Below, piece after piece: positions 41,735-54,675 of a stretch of 64,000 bases of DNA. The position numbers and the translations under genes are program-made. The DNA is from Eledone cirrhosa (lineage: Eukaryota), in assembly GCA_964016885.1 (NCBI GenBank), contig OZ024740.1, positions 136,524,001 through 136,588,000 of the forward strand. The letters run 5' to 3'. The notes under the pieces are model-generated. The model saw only the letters and a program-made list of their open reading frames with translations, was not told the DNA's origin and searched no databases. Within the stretch, counting starts at the first letter, position 1. Every line of letters starts with the position of its first letter.

Positions 41735-44683
41735 ATGTCAGAGGCCTGGTGAAACTCAGTAACATGAGTAAAATGTCCTACCTGGGAGACTTAGCCATAA
41801 GCAATCAAGCACTATGCATGGCACTAACCGAAACGCACCTGACAAGCAGTATAGCAGATGCAGAAATACATATACCGAAATATATTGTATTTCGTTCGGA
41901 CAGGAAGGAGAGAACTCATGGTGGGGTTGCTCTGTATACCCGTGAAGATGTCACACCAATTGTACTGTTGACACATTCAAACTCAGTCTGTGACACACTG
42001 ATAGTACATATGAAGCAACTACAGACAGTAATATGTGTCACATATCGGCCGCCCGATGCCCCCAGTAATGAGGGTAAATTTGAGGATAGCCTAAGTAGGA
42101 TAGAAGAGGTCCTTGACAAACTGGACCAGGGTCTCAACATTCTACTGCTGGGAGACTTCAACCTACCAAAGGTCAAATGGCCTGATGGCCACCTCCTCCC
42201 TGGAATGACGTCAGTAAAACAGAGACAGACGGAATCCCTGCTGGCCCTCACACACAGGCTGTTCAAGGAGCAAGCAATACTCCTCCCAACAAGAGGTGAA
42301 AATGTCCTGGACCTCTGTTTTACAAACAACGAAGTGCACATCCACAATGTGAGGGTGACACCAACAATTCTCTCAGATCATAACTTAGTAGAGCTAATGA
42401 TATGTGGTCCAAGAGAACCAACAGAGACAAAACCACCAAGAAGCTCCGGGACGTTATCCAGCCTTAACTTCTACAAGGCTAACTGGAAAAAGATTAAGAG
42501 AGAAATCCGGAAGCAAACATGGAGTGAAAACACCGCCACACAAGACACTAACACACAATTTCAACACTTCATGACAACGATACACACTATATGCAAAAAG
42601 TTTGTCCCGGAGAAAGAGGCAAACAGACACAAAAATCTTATTCCCAGAGATAGGAAAATCCTTATGAGACGTAGAACTAAACTCTCAAACCAGTTGAATA
42701 GTCAACAAAACAAAAACAAGAAGGAATCCTATTTGAAATGTGCATTACTTGGCACCGAGATTGCACTCAAGCTTTCCCATGAGAATGAGAGGGCAAAGAA
42801 AGAGAACAGGGCCATAGAAAACATTAAAACAAACCCTAAGGCCTTCTTTAAATTTGCAAAAGAAACTGCCTCAGTACACTGCAAGATTGGGCCACTCTTC
42901 CATACGGACGGTTCATTAACCGAAAACCCCCAAGAGATATGTGAAATACTGAACGAACAGTACAAAAGTGTGTTCACATGTCCACTGAGGCACATGCAAA
43001 TAACGAAGCCAGAGGAGTTCTTTGATATCACAACACTACATGAAAAAATGGCAACCATCAACCACATATACATAACGGAGGAGGATGTGGTGTACGCCAT
43101 TGATGAAATTAGAACAGACTCGGCTGCTGGACCTGATGGATTCCCAGCAGTTCTCTTAAAATATGTAAGCGGGCCTTAGCAACTCCCCTGAAGATGCTCT
43201 TCAGAAGCTCCTTGGCTAGCGGTGTACTACCCAGGGAGCTGAAAGAAGGCACAATATGCCCTATCCATAAAGGAGGTAGCAGAGCGGAGGCCAAAAACTA
43301 TAGGCCAGTCTCCCTGATGTCGCATATCAGTAAGGTCATGGAGCGAGTCGTCAGAAAGAAACTGATCACTTTCCTCGAGAAAAATGACCGCCTGACTAGC
43401 ACGCAACATGGCTTCCGCCCAGGAAGAAGCTGCCTTACACAGCTGCTACATCACTACAACTGGGTACTGAGACAACTACTAGACAGCTCACATATGGACG
43501 TGATATATCTTGACTTTGCGAAGGCCTTTGACAAGGTCGACCACGGAATGATATGTCACGAACTACATGGACTCGGCATAACTGGAAAAGTAGGTGAGTG
43601 GCTGCATGGCTTCCTAAGGGACAGAACCCAGGCAGTCGCAGCAAATGGGGCCCTCTCAAAGGAAACACCAATAACAAGTGGGGTGCCCCAGGGGACAGTC
43701 CTGGGACCACTACTGTTTTTGGTGGCTCTCTCAGACATGCCCTCTGTAGTACATACAACAACATCCCTCACTAGCTATGCTGATGACACTAAGGTAGCAC
43801 AGGCAATCAAAAACCCGGCTGACGCTGCCCTTTTACAGCAGGATCTGGATGCCATATACAGATGGGCGGAAGAAAACAACATACAGTTTAATGCTGGCAA
43901 ATTCCCAGCCCTACAATACAAACCTGCAAACACAAATATAGTGGAACAAAACTACACAGGACCAGGAGGGACCGATATCCCCGTGTCAAAATCGATACGA
44001 GACCTGGGCATAGACATGAGCGATGATGCATCTTTTTCTTCACACATCATGAAAGTGGTGACAATGTGCAGACGACTCGCTGGCTGGATCTTGAGGACTT
44101 TCCGGACAAGAGATCGAGACACCATGTTGACACTGTGGAGGACTTTTGTCCTAAGCCGCCTGGACTACTGCTCCCAGTTCTGGTCACCCCATAGTGTCAA
44201 ACTAACCACGGAGCTTGAGGCAATCCAGCGAAGCTACACCAAGAGGATTGTCAAGATGAGGGAGACAAGCTACTGGGAGAGGCTAAAGGAACTGAACCTC
44301 TACTCCTTGGAGCGAAGGCGGAAAAGATAGTGATCTACATGTGGAAAATCCTGGAGGGACTAGCACCAAACTTTGGCATTGGCAGCTGGACCAACCGTCG
44401 AACAGGACGTCACTGTGTGGTGCCAAAGGTCCCGTCTTCCACATCTAGAATAAGGAGCAGGTATTGCAATAGCCTGGGATTCAAGGGCCCTCAACTCTTC
44501 AACAGGCTGCCGAGGGATCTGAGAGATTTGCATGACGTGGAGGTGGATGTCTTCAAGAAACATCTCGACACCTTGTTATCCAGGATCCCGGATGAGCCCA
44601 GAGCAAGAGACGAGGGAAACCTAAGGGCAGCAGCAACAAACTCCCTCTTACACCAGTGGCGAACCTATATGGGCTGGAGATAA
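41653..44683 (+). pseudogene. LINE ORF2 (APE + RT), broken near 43160 and 44325
   Basis: LLNVRGL, TETHL, GDFN, SDH; QHGFRPGRSC, YLDFAKAFD, YADD, RDLGI, LDYCS, YSLERRR, FNRLP across ORFs 41653-43179, 43194-44330, 44330-44683. Confidence 0.93.
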
Positions 44684-44819
44684 AATGTGTAGCAACAAGG
44701 GCGGTGCCCCAGCATGGCCTCAGCCGGATGGCTGAAACAGGTAAAAAAAAAAAAAAAAAAAAAATAGTATATTATATATATATATATTATATATATTATA
44801 TATATATATATATATATAT

Positions 44820-45260
44820 TATCATCATCATCATCATCACCGTTTTACGTCCGTTCTTCCACGCTAGCATGGGTTAGACGGGTTGTCCTGTTGTGGGCAG
44901 TGTCTGGTCGGCTGACTATGCCTTGCTCATACAGGAACTGATTTGGCTTGATTTCTACAGCTGGATGCCCTTCCTAACACCAACCTCATTTACAGTGAGT
45001 GCTGGGTGCTTTTTCGTGGCGCCTACACGTCCACTTTACAGTGTGGGCTGGATGCTTTTTTGCCGTGGCACCTCCACGACCACCTTGTGGTGGTGGGTGT
45101 GGGGGCATATTTTCTATATGCTTCAGCTTGTACCCATGGGAGGTCGGGTACTCTGTATTACTGCGTGACGCCAGAGGTCACGGTCGTGTGTCATTGCCTT
45201 TGAGAGGTGTAATTGGGTAAGGTCGGCTTTTAAGGTGTAATTGGGTAAGGTCGGCTTTTA
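44820..45260 (-). mobile_element. RTE family B 3' end
   Basis: (CAT)n plus 3'UTR as in 13089-13480. Confidence 0.92.
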
Positions 45261-45363
45261 TATATATATTATATATATATTATATATATATATATCTCGT
45301 ATATATATTATATATATATATATATATTATATATATATATTATATTATATATATATATATTAT

Positions 45364-46476
45364 ATCATCATCATCATCATCACCGTTTTACGTCCGTTCT
45401 TCCACGCTAGCATGGGTTAGACGGGTTGTCCTGTTGTGGGCAGTGTCTGGTCGGCTGACCATGCCTTGCTCATACAGGAACTGATCTGGCTTGATTTCTA
45501 CAGCTGGATGCCCTTCCTAACACCAACCTCATTTACAGTGAGTGCTGGGTGCTTTTTCGTGGCGCCTACACGTCCACTTTACAGTGTGGGCTGGGTGCTT
45601 TTTTGCCGTGGCACCTCCACGACCACCTTGCGGGGGGGGGGGGGGGGGGGGGGGGCATATTGTTTATATGCTTCAGCATGTACCCATGGGAGGTCGGGTA
45701 CCCTGTATTACTGCGTGACGCCAGAAGTCACGGTCGTGTGTCATTGACTTTGAGAGGTGTAGTTGGGTAAGGTCGGCTTTTATCACCTCATCCCAAGTCA
45801 TCTTGGGTCTCCCCACTCCGCGGTTTCCATCAACTTATAGTGCTCTGCACCTTTTTATGCAGCTGTCATCCTTCATACGCATCACATGTCCATACCAGCG
45901 TAACCGCCTCTCCTGCACGCAGCATTTGATTCCTCTTATGCTCAGTCTCTCTCTCAATTCCTTTATGCTTTGTCGTTCACGTATATTACTGTTACACATC
46001 CATCGGAGCATGCAGGCTTCGTTTCTCTCTAATCTACGTAAGTCTTCCACCTTCAGCGCCCAGGTCTCACTATCATGCAACATCGCTGTTCGGATACACG
46101 CATCATACAGTCTGCCTTTCATTCTGAGGGAGAAGCCTTTTGCAGCTAGCAGTGGTAGTAGTTCCCTAAACTTCTTCCATCCCGTTCTTACCCTAGTTAT
46201 TGTACTTTCTGAGCACCCACCTCCGCTGCTAATTCGGTCACCTAGGTAGCAGAAGCTGTCTACTGTTTCTACAGGGCCCTCCCAGAGATTGGTGGTACTT
46301 GTTTCCTGTGGCTGTTTGCTTGCTGTTTCAGCACAGCTGCTGCATGTGAATCCTACATTCTTAATTAAGCTTCCTGAGATCCCGCTACATCTCTTGTGTA
46401 CCCATTGTTTGCATTTGGGGCAGAGAATGGAGTTCCTACCTACACCTTTCCTACATACTGAGCAAGGCCATTTCCC
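45364..46476 (-). mobile_element. RTE family B 3' fragment
   Basis: KGRLYDACIRTAML..RWYGHVMRM; extends to the PHD region. Confidence 0.93.
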
Positions 46477-46852
46477 ATGACCGATGGGTGAAGAAGTGCC
46501 AGTTGAAGGAAGACGTGGTAGAGGTAGACCACGAAAAACATGGGCGGAGGTGGTGAGAACAGACCTCAGATCATTGAAGCTCAGGGTGGAGATGACGAAG
46601 GACCGTGACGAGTATATATATTATATATATATATCATCATCATCATCATCATTTTACATCTGCTTTTCCCTGCTTGCAAGGGTGGGATGGGTCTTATTCA
46701 GCACAGCATCTCTCCACTCGTCACGGTCCTTCGTCATCTCCACCCTGAGCTTCAATGATCTGAGGTCTGTTCTCACCACCTCCGCCCATGTTTTTCGTGG
46801 TCTACCTCTACCACGTCTTCCTTCAACTGGCACTTCTTCACCCATCGGTCAT
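46477..46852. repeat. 137-bp inverted duplication of RTE family C sequence
   Basis: 46477-46613 is the reverse complement of 46716-46852. Confidence 0.9.
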
Positions 46853-47900
46853 CCTCCATGCGCATCACATGTCCATACCACCTCAGTCTCCTCTCCCGTA
46901 CTCTACATTCTATCCCTCTCAGACACAGTTTCTCTCTCAACACATTTATGCTGGGTCGTTCACGCACATTTACACTGCACATCCAACGGAGCATGCTTGC
47001 TTCATTTCTCTCGAGCCGTCGCATATCCACTGCAGTTGCTGCCCATGTCTCACTACCATGCAGCATCGCGCTCCTCACACAGGCATCATACAACCGGCCT
47101 TTTGTACGCAGGGAGAAACCCTTCTTCGTCAACAGAGGAAGCAGCTCTCTAAACTTCTTCCAACCCGTCCTTATTCTAGATACTATGGCCTCGGAACACC
47201 CTCCTCCCATGCTAATCTGATCTCCTAGGTACTGGAAGCTATCCACCACTTCTATAGCGCCCTCCTGCATTTGAAAAATGTGTCTATCAATGCGACTTCT
47301 ACTGTCTAATTTCCCTGTACATCTACTGCATACATATTTCTCCCTACCTGTTAGTTTGCCTGCTATCCCGCTACATCTCTTGTGTACCCAGGATCTGCAT
47401 TGTGTGCAATTTATAGAATTTATGCCAGTTCCTTTTCTGCATATCGAACATGGCCATTTCCCTGGCGGAATCAGGGTTTTGTCCTCTTTTCTACTCATCA
47501 ACACTTTTGTCTTAGCTAGGTTCACTCTGTCCTCTTGCTTCCAACTGCTGTTTCCATAGCCAGAATTTATTCTCTAGCTCCTCTACTGATTCTGCTATAA
47601 GAACCAGATCGTCAGCATAGAGAAGTTCCCATGGACAGCCAGTCTTAAACTCCTCTATTATGGCTTGGAGGACTATAATGAACAAGAGCGGGCTGAGGAC
47701 CGAACCCTGATGTACTCCTACTTGTATCTGGAAATCCTCACTAAACTCCATTCCTACCCTGACTTTACTGAGAGTACCTCTGTACAAAGTTTGCACTGTC
47801 CTCACCTCATTCCTCAACACCTAGCTTCCTTAAGGACCAGCAGATGACAGATCGGGGTATCCTATCAAAGGCCTTCTCTAGGTCAACAAAGGCTAAGTAT
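46633..47900 (-). mobile_element. RTE family C fragment (RT core to 3' end), decayed
   Basis: GVHQGSVLSPLLF, LLYADD, KWPCSICRKG..CTQC..VHKRC..CSRC, HGSETW. Confidence 0.93.
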
Positions 47901-47901
47901 A

Positions 47902-48243
47902 GCGGGTTTTCTACAGCTGGATGCCCTTCCTAACACCAACCATATTTACAGTGTGTGGCTGGGAGGTTTTTACCGTGTTGCCTACACGGCCACATTACAG
48001 CGTGGACTGTCTGGCGGGTTTTCTACAGCTGGATGCCCTTCCTAACACCAACCACATTCACAGTGTGGGGCTGGGAGGTTTTTACCGTGTTGCCTACACG
48101 GCCACATTACAGCGTGGACTGTGTGTTTTTTTGTCGTGACACCTACACGATCTCATTTGTTTCGGCCTGGATGTTGTGGCACCAACATAACTTTACATTG
48201 AAGGGGGCGGTGTGGATAGGGTGGGGGTGGTGCGACGGGGGTA
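47902..48243 (-). mobile_element. RTE family A 3'UTR piece
   Basis: Contains the duplicated ~112-bp subunit seen at 16352-16577. Confidence 0.88.
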
Positions 48244-48741
48244 TATTATATATATGTATTATATGTATATATGTATTATATATATATTATATATATATAT
48301 ATTATATATATATATTATATATATATATATATAATATATATATATTATATATATATATATTATATATATATATATTATATATATATATATATTATATGTA
48401 TATATATATATATATATTATATGTATATATATATATATATATTATATGTATATATATATATATATATTATATATATATATATTATATATATATATATTAT
48501 ATTTATATATATATATATTATATATATATATATATATATTTTATATATATATATCGTATATATATTATATATATATATTTTATATTATATATATATATAT
48601 ATTATATATATATATATTTTATATTATATATATATATATATTATATATATATATATTATAAATATATATATATATATATTATATATATATATTATATTAT
48701 ATATATATATTATATTATATATATATATTATATTATATATA

Positions 48742-48784
<43 letters not shown>

Positions 48785-48811
48785 ATTATATATATAGTCT
48801 TAATATAGAAG

Positions 48812-48862
48812 AGATTCTACAGGACTAGAACTGTTTCATTCTTTAGAAATCATCAGGAATCT
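48812..48862 (-). ncRNA. type I hammerhead ribozyme with closed stem III
   Basis: Minus strand AGATTC-CTGATGA-tttct aa agaat-GAAA-CAG ttctagtc CTG-TA-GAATCT. Confidence 0.87.
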
Positions 48863-49324
48863 GGGTATCAAAAAATAAATATGGTATTTATAGGTCTCTA
48901 CAAGTGGTAGGAGAGGGTGGGGAGTGGGATGGGTGTAGGTCATTGGTTGATAGAAAAGGGAATTCATTAAAAGCTAATTCTACAAAGCTATAGTTTATTT
49001 ATATTAATTTTTGTTTTTAGAGTAACAAAGGCAGACAGAATTCTATAAACAGGTTCCGGATGGCATACCATTCCTTGTCATTAAGTTTCCCTTAAGCTAA
49101 CAGATGTCTATAAGATCAGTGGGGGGTCAGTCATGGTAGATAGAATTAAAGGAAAGGGAGATTCTTTAAAAGCTAAATTCATTAAGGTTCTACTAAGTGA
49201 CAAAGGTTTAGAGAATTCTGTAGACAGATTCAAAATACTGAGTGCATATCTTACAATTATCTTCGAACTTCTCTTAAACTAATCAACTACATGCCAAAAA
49301 TCAACAGACACATTCACAAAAAAA

Positions 49325-49499
49325 CACACTCACTCACACACTCGCGCGCAACCATAAACACACATACACATACACATATACACACATAAAAATACACACA
49401 CATATATAAATATATTTATATATATATATATATACACACATATATATATATATATATACATACATATACATATATATATATATATACACACACACATAC

Positions 49500-49546
<47 letters not shown>

Positions 49547-49643
49547 CACATATATATACACTCACACACATACATACATACACACAAATATACATGTGTA
49601 TACATATACATATATATACACACACACACACATATATATATAT

Positions 49644-49705
<62 letters not shown>

Positions 49706-49782
49706 CATATATATACACACATATATATATATATATATATATACATATACACACACATATACACAAACACACACACATATAT
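49325..49782. repeat. (CA)/(TA) mixed low-complexity tract
   Basis: CACATATA-type repeats. Confidence 0.9.
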
Positions 49783-49822
49783 GATTACATGATATAATTT
49801 ATTCCTGTCGCTTATTTAATAG

Positions 49823-50281
49823 GATATCTCCTCTGATACAGCATTCACGAAAGGTTGTAACTGTAGAAACAAAGCAAATTGCCCATTAAAAGGAAATTGC
49901 CTTATTAATAACATAGTATATAAATGTAAAATTAACACTAAGGACTCAACTTATTCATATATAGGAGCTACTTCTAACCAATTTAAAGTAAGATTTAATA
50001 CCCACAAACACAGTTTTAAAAATGCCGCATTAGCTAATACAACAACCTTAGCTGAAATAATTAATAATTATAGAAAAAGGAATATAGATTATAACCTGAC
50101 CTGGAGTGTGCTCAAGAGGGCCACCCCTTATCAAAATAATAGATATGAATGTAGATTATGTTCCCAGGAACTTTTTGAAATAATGAAATCTAAGGATATC
50201 CTATTAAATAAACGACAGAAATTAATTATATCATGTAATCATAAATTGAGAAGAACTTTTAAATATTATAAACCTAATTAA
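49823..50281 (+). pseudogene. Naiad-type PLE GIY-YIG endonuclease fragment (absent from ORF track, no start codon)
   Basis: Hand translation: GCNCRNKANCPLKGNCLINNIVYKC..YIGATSNQFKVRFNTHKHSF..WSVLKRA..CRLCSQE..LLNKRQ..SCNH..PN*. Confidence 0.9.
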
Positions 50282-51015
50282 TATACACTTTACAAATTAT
50301 TATAATAACACTTTTTTAAATTAGTTAACCTATAATTAATATTCTACTACTAATGAACTGCATAATTTTATTTCCCTTTTACAGCTATCTTTTTCTAAAA
50401 TTTATACCAATAAGTATACATATAAACTATTTTAATTTCAGGTTATGAATCTATATTCCTTATAATCTATATAAATGTTACTTCTCACTAATAAATTTAC
50501 CCCCCCCCCCCCAATAATAATAATTATTATTTTTTTAATTTTCCCTTCGTTTTTAACAGCATTCTTCAATTACATCTAACTCTTATTTATCATATCTATA
50601 TGAATTAATATAAATTTATCAATATAAATATACCTATCAATTTAATTAATTTATTTTCTTTTTATAGATGTAAATTCCTTATGTTTTTAGTAAGATTGAT
50701 ATTTTTCACTAACACATTTATCGTAAAATTTTATTCTCCTTAGATATTTACATTGGCATTATTCTTTTATGACTTGAAATTTTCGTGTACCTTTTACCGA
50801 CTTGACCTATTTTCATCCCTAAAATAATCTTTTCATTCATCATACTCTTTCCATTCAAAACTGAAATCTGCCTTCCTCTACCCCTAAATTAAAGTTCCAT
50901 TACTACTATTCTACCATCTTGACCACTTACTACCTTTCTATTGGTCAATTCAAAACCTGTTCCCAAACAGACCGATAATATTAAATCTTTGTTGGTTTTT
51001 TTCAATAAACAAATA

Positions 51016-51153
51016 TCATTATTTCTGAAGACAGCATATATATGTGTAGGTATGTATATTCCCTCTGATAGTTTGTAAACATTTTACATAGATCTATATG
51101 ATATACATACCAACACACACATATATATCCTAGAAACGATCGTAAAATGATGA
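51016..51153 (+). ncRNA. type I hammerhead ribozyme with ~100-nt stem II (3' pLTR of the 49823 PLE)
   Basis: TCATTATTT-CTGAAGA-[51032-51132 hairpin]-GAAA-CGATCG-TA-AAATGATGA. Confidence 0.8.
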
Positions 51154-51204
51154 ATTTTTAATATAAGGAACTGTGTCTTTGTTTTTATTCATTATTTTTA
51201 TTAA

Positions 51205-51206
51205 TT

Positions 51207-51238
<32 letters not shown>

Positions 51239-51263
51239 ATATTATATATATATTAAATATATA

Positions 51264-51306
<43 letters not shown>

Positions 51307-51329
51307 ATTATATATATATATATATATAT

Positions 51330-51374
<45 letters not shown>

Positions 51375-52355
51375 ATATATTATATATATATATATTATAT
51401 ATATATATATTATATATATATATATTATATATATATATTATATATATATATATATTATATATATAAATATTATATATATATATATATATTATATATATAA
51501 ATATTATATATTTATATATATATATATTATATATTTATATATATATATATTATATATATATATTATATATATATTATATATATATATATATATATAATAT
51601 ATATATATAATATATATATAATATATATATATATAATATATATATTTATATATATATATATATATATAATATATATATATTATATATATATATATTATAT
51701 AATATATATATATTATATATATATATATTATATATATATATATATTATATATATATTATATATATATATATTATATATATATATATTATATATATATATA
51801 TATTATGTATATATATATATTATATATATATAATATTATATATATATTATATATATATATATTATATATATATTATATATATATATATATATTGTATATA
51901 TATATATATATTATATATATATATATTATATATATATTATATATATATATATATTGTATATATATATATATATTATATATATATATATTGTATATATATA
52001 TATATATATTATATATATATATATTATATATATATATATATAATATATATATATATTATATATATATATATATATTATATATATATATTATATATATATA
52101 TATATATTATATATATATATATTATATATATATATATTATAAATATATATTATATATATATATATTATATATATATATTATATATATATATATATTATAT
52201 ATTATATATATATATATTATATATATATATTATATATATATATATATTATATATTATATATATATATATATTATATATATATATATATATTATATATATA
52301 TATATATATTATATATATATATATATATTATATATATATATATATATTATATATA
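51205..52355. repeat. (TA)n microsatellite
   Basis: TA array with TT/AA interruptions. Confidence 0.97.
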
Positions 52356-52398
52356 TACGATATTAAATAAATGGAAACTATATTTATAAAACCATATT

Positions 52399-52464
52399 TA
52401 TTTCATTATATATATTTCAGGGATATCATATTAACAATATGCTATGCCTTCCTCAGACAAAATA
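52399..52464 (-). ncRNA. type I hammerhead ribozyme
   Basis: Mirror copy of 52628-52693. Confidence 0.83.
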
Positions 52465-52627
52465 CAATATAGACAGTTTTATAGATAAATAGATTTGACA
52501 TACCGTTCAACATCGACTTGTATTTGAAAAGTTGATTTGGCAGATCAACTGCCAAATCAACTTTTCAAATACAAGTCGATGTTGAACGGTATGTCAAATC
52601 TATTTATCTATAAAACTGTCTATATTG

Positions 52628-52693
52628 TATTTTGTCTGAGGAAGGCATAGCATATTGTTAATATGATATCCCTGAAATATATATAATGAAATA
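52628..52693 (+). ncRNA. type I hammerhead ribozyme
   Basis: TATTTTGT-CTGAGGA-aggcatagcatatt gtt aatatgatatccct-GAAA-TATATATA-ATGAAATA. Confidence 0.83.
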
Positions 52694-52830
52694 AATATGG
52701 TTTTATAAATATAGTTTCCATTTATTTAATATCGTAAATATACTCCAAATACTTGTTGAGTGCTTTTATATCAGTTATAAATATTTACTAGTTGTAACCC
52801 AACAATTTAAATATAACTTTCCATGTATAT

Positions 52831-52864
<34 letters not shown>

Positions 52865-53241
52865 ATATATTATATATATATATATATATTATATATTATA
52901 TATAAATATAGTTACGGTATGTACACAGTTCTTCTATGTTTGATTTTACACCGAATTGCATATGGTTAATTATGTACTTGGTCGATTTATACATGCTGTC
53001 GAAATGTTGGATAAATAACCTGCTGTGGATACGGCGAAGAAGCCACTCTCGTTTATTTGTCGGAGATTTCTTCATAGGAGCTTTTATCCTTATGGCTTAG
53101 TATAATTGATTTTTTATATGGTTGATTGTGCTGTTTGGCAGAGGAAATGGAGTATATATTTTGTTTATCTAATAATTCTGTTGACATGATTTATAATAAT
53201 ATATATTATATATATATATATATATCTATTATATATAAATA

Positions 53242-53282
<41 letters not shown>

Positions 53283-53371
53283 TATATATATATATATTAT
53301 ATATATATATATTATATATATATTATATATATATATATTATATATATATATATAAATATATATATATAATA

Positions 53372-53435
53372 TACTCTTTTACTCTTTTACCTGTTTCAGC
53401 CATCCGGCTGAGGCCATGCTGGGGCACCGCCCCCT
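53372..53435 (-). mobile_element. CR1-group LINE (or partner SINE) 3' terminus with (GTAAAAGA)n tail
   Basis: Reverse complement of gggcggtgccccagcatggcctcagccggatggctgaaacaggtaaaa (44699-44746). Confidence 0.85.
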
Positions 53436-53469
53436 AATATATATATATATTATATATATATATATTATA

Positions 53470-53514
<45 letters not shown>

Positions 53515-53650
53515 TATATATATATATTATATATATATATTATATATATTATATATATATATATTATATATATATATTATATATATATATATATTATATA
53601 TATATGATATATATATATATATATAATATTTATTATATATAAATATATAT

Positions 53651-53684
<34 letters not shown>

Positions 53685-53719
53685 ATTATATATATATATA
53701 TATTTCTTATATATATATA

Positions 53720-53762
<43 letters not shown>

Positions 53763-53804
53763 ATTATATATATATATATATTTCTTATATATATATATAT
53801 ATAT

Positions 53805-53837
<33 letters not shown>

Positions 53838-54121
53838 ATATATATATATTATATATATATATATATTATATATATATATATTATATATATATATATATTA
53901 TATATATTATATATATATATATTATATATATATATATTATATATATTATATATATATATATTATATATATATATATATATATTATATTATATATATATAT
54001 ATATATTATATATATTATATATATATATATTATATATATATATTATATATATTATATATATATATATTATATATATATATATATTATATTATATATATAT
54101 ATATTATATATATTATATATA

Positions 54122-54166
<45 letters not shown>

Positions 54167-54366
54167 ATATATTCATATATATATTATATATATAATATTA
54201 TATATATATTATATATATATATTATATATATATTATATATATATATATTATATATATATTATATATATATATATTATATATATATATTATATATATATAT
54301 ATTATATATATATATTATATATATATATATTATATATATATATATTATATATATATATTATATATA

Positions 54367-54412
<46 letters not shown>

Positions 54413-54492
54413 TATATATATATATTATATATATATTATATATATATATATATATATAATATATATATATATATTATATATATATTATATAT

Positions 54493-54566
<74 letters not shown>
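53436..54566. repeat. (TA)n microsatellite
   Basis: TA array. Confidence 0.97.
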
Positions 54567-54569
<3 letters not shown>

Positions 54570-54609
54570 GATATTAAACAAATGGAAACTATATTTATAA
54601 AACCATATT

Positions 54610-54675
54610 TATTTCATTATACATATTTCAGGGATACCATATTAAAAATATGGCATGCCTTCTTCAGACAAAATA
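54610..54675 (-). ncRNA. type I hammerhead ribozyme in a diverged pLTR (starts 54567) of the 52356 family
   Basis: Minus strand TATTTTGT-CTGAAGA-aggcatgccatatt ttt aatatggtatccct-GAAA-TATGTATA-ATGAAATA. Confidence 0.83.

Larger units (their letters stand above)
40400..44763 (+). mobile_element. near full-length CR1-group LINE
   Basis: CT-rich 5' region, ORF1, overlapping ORF2 (EN+RT), short 3'UTR, poly(A); 5' boundary approximate. Confidence 0.93.
52356..52825 (+). mobile_element. palindromic HHR mini-element
   Basis: 188-bp arms 52356-52543 / 52549-52736 with no mismatch noticed, 5-nt spacer, tail 52737-52825. Confidence 0.88.

Noticed and set aside
52910-53190. Small unique islands (also 5127-5204, 35768-35958, 37531-37570)
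   Set aside because: No recognisable protein motif, HHR core or paralog in the window; left unassigned.
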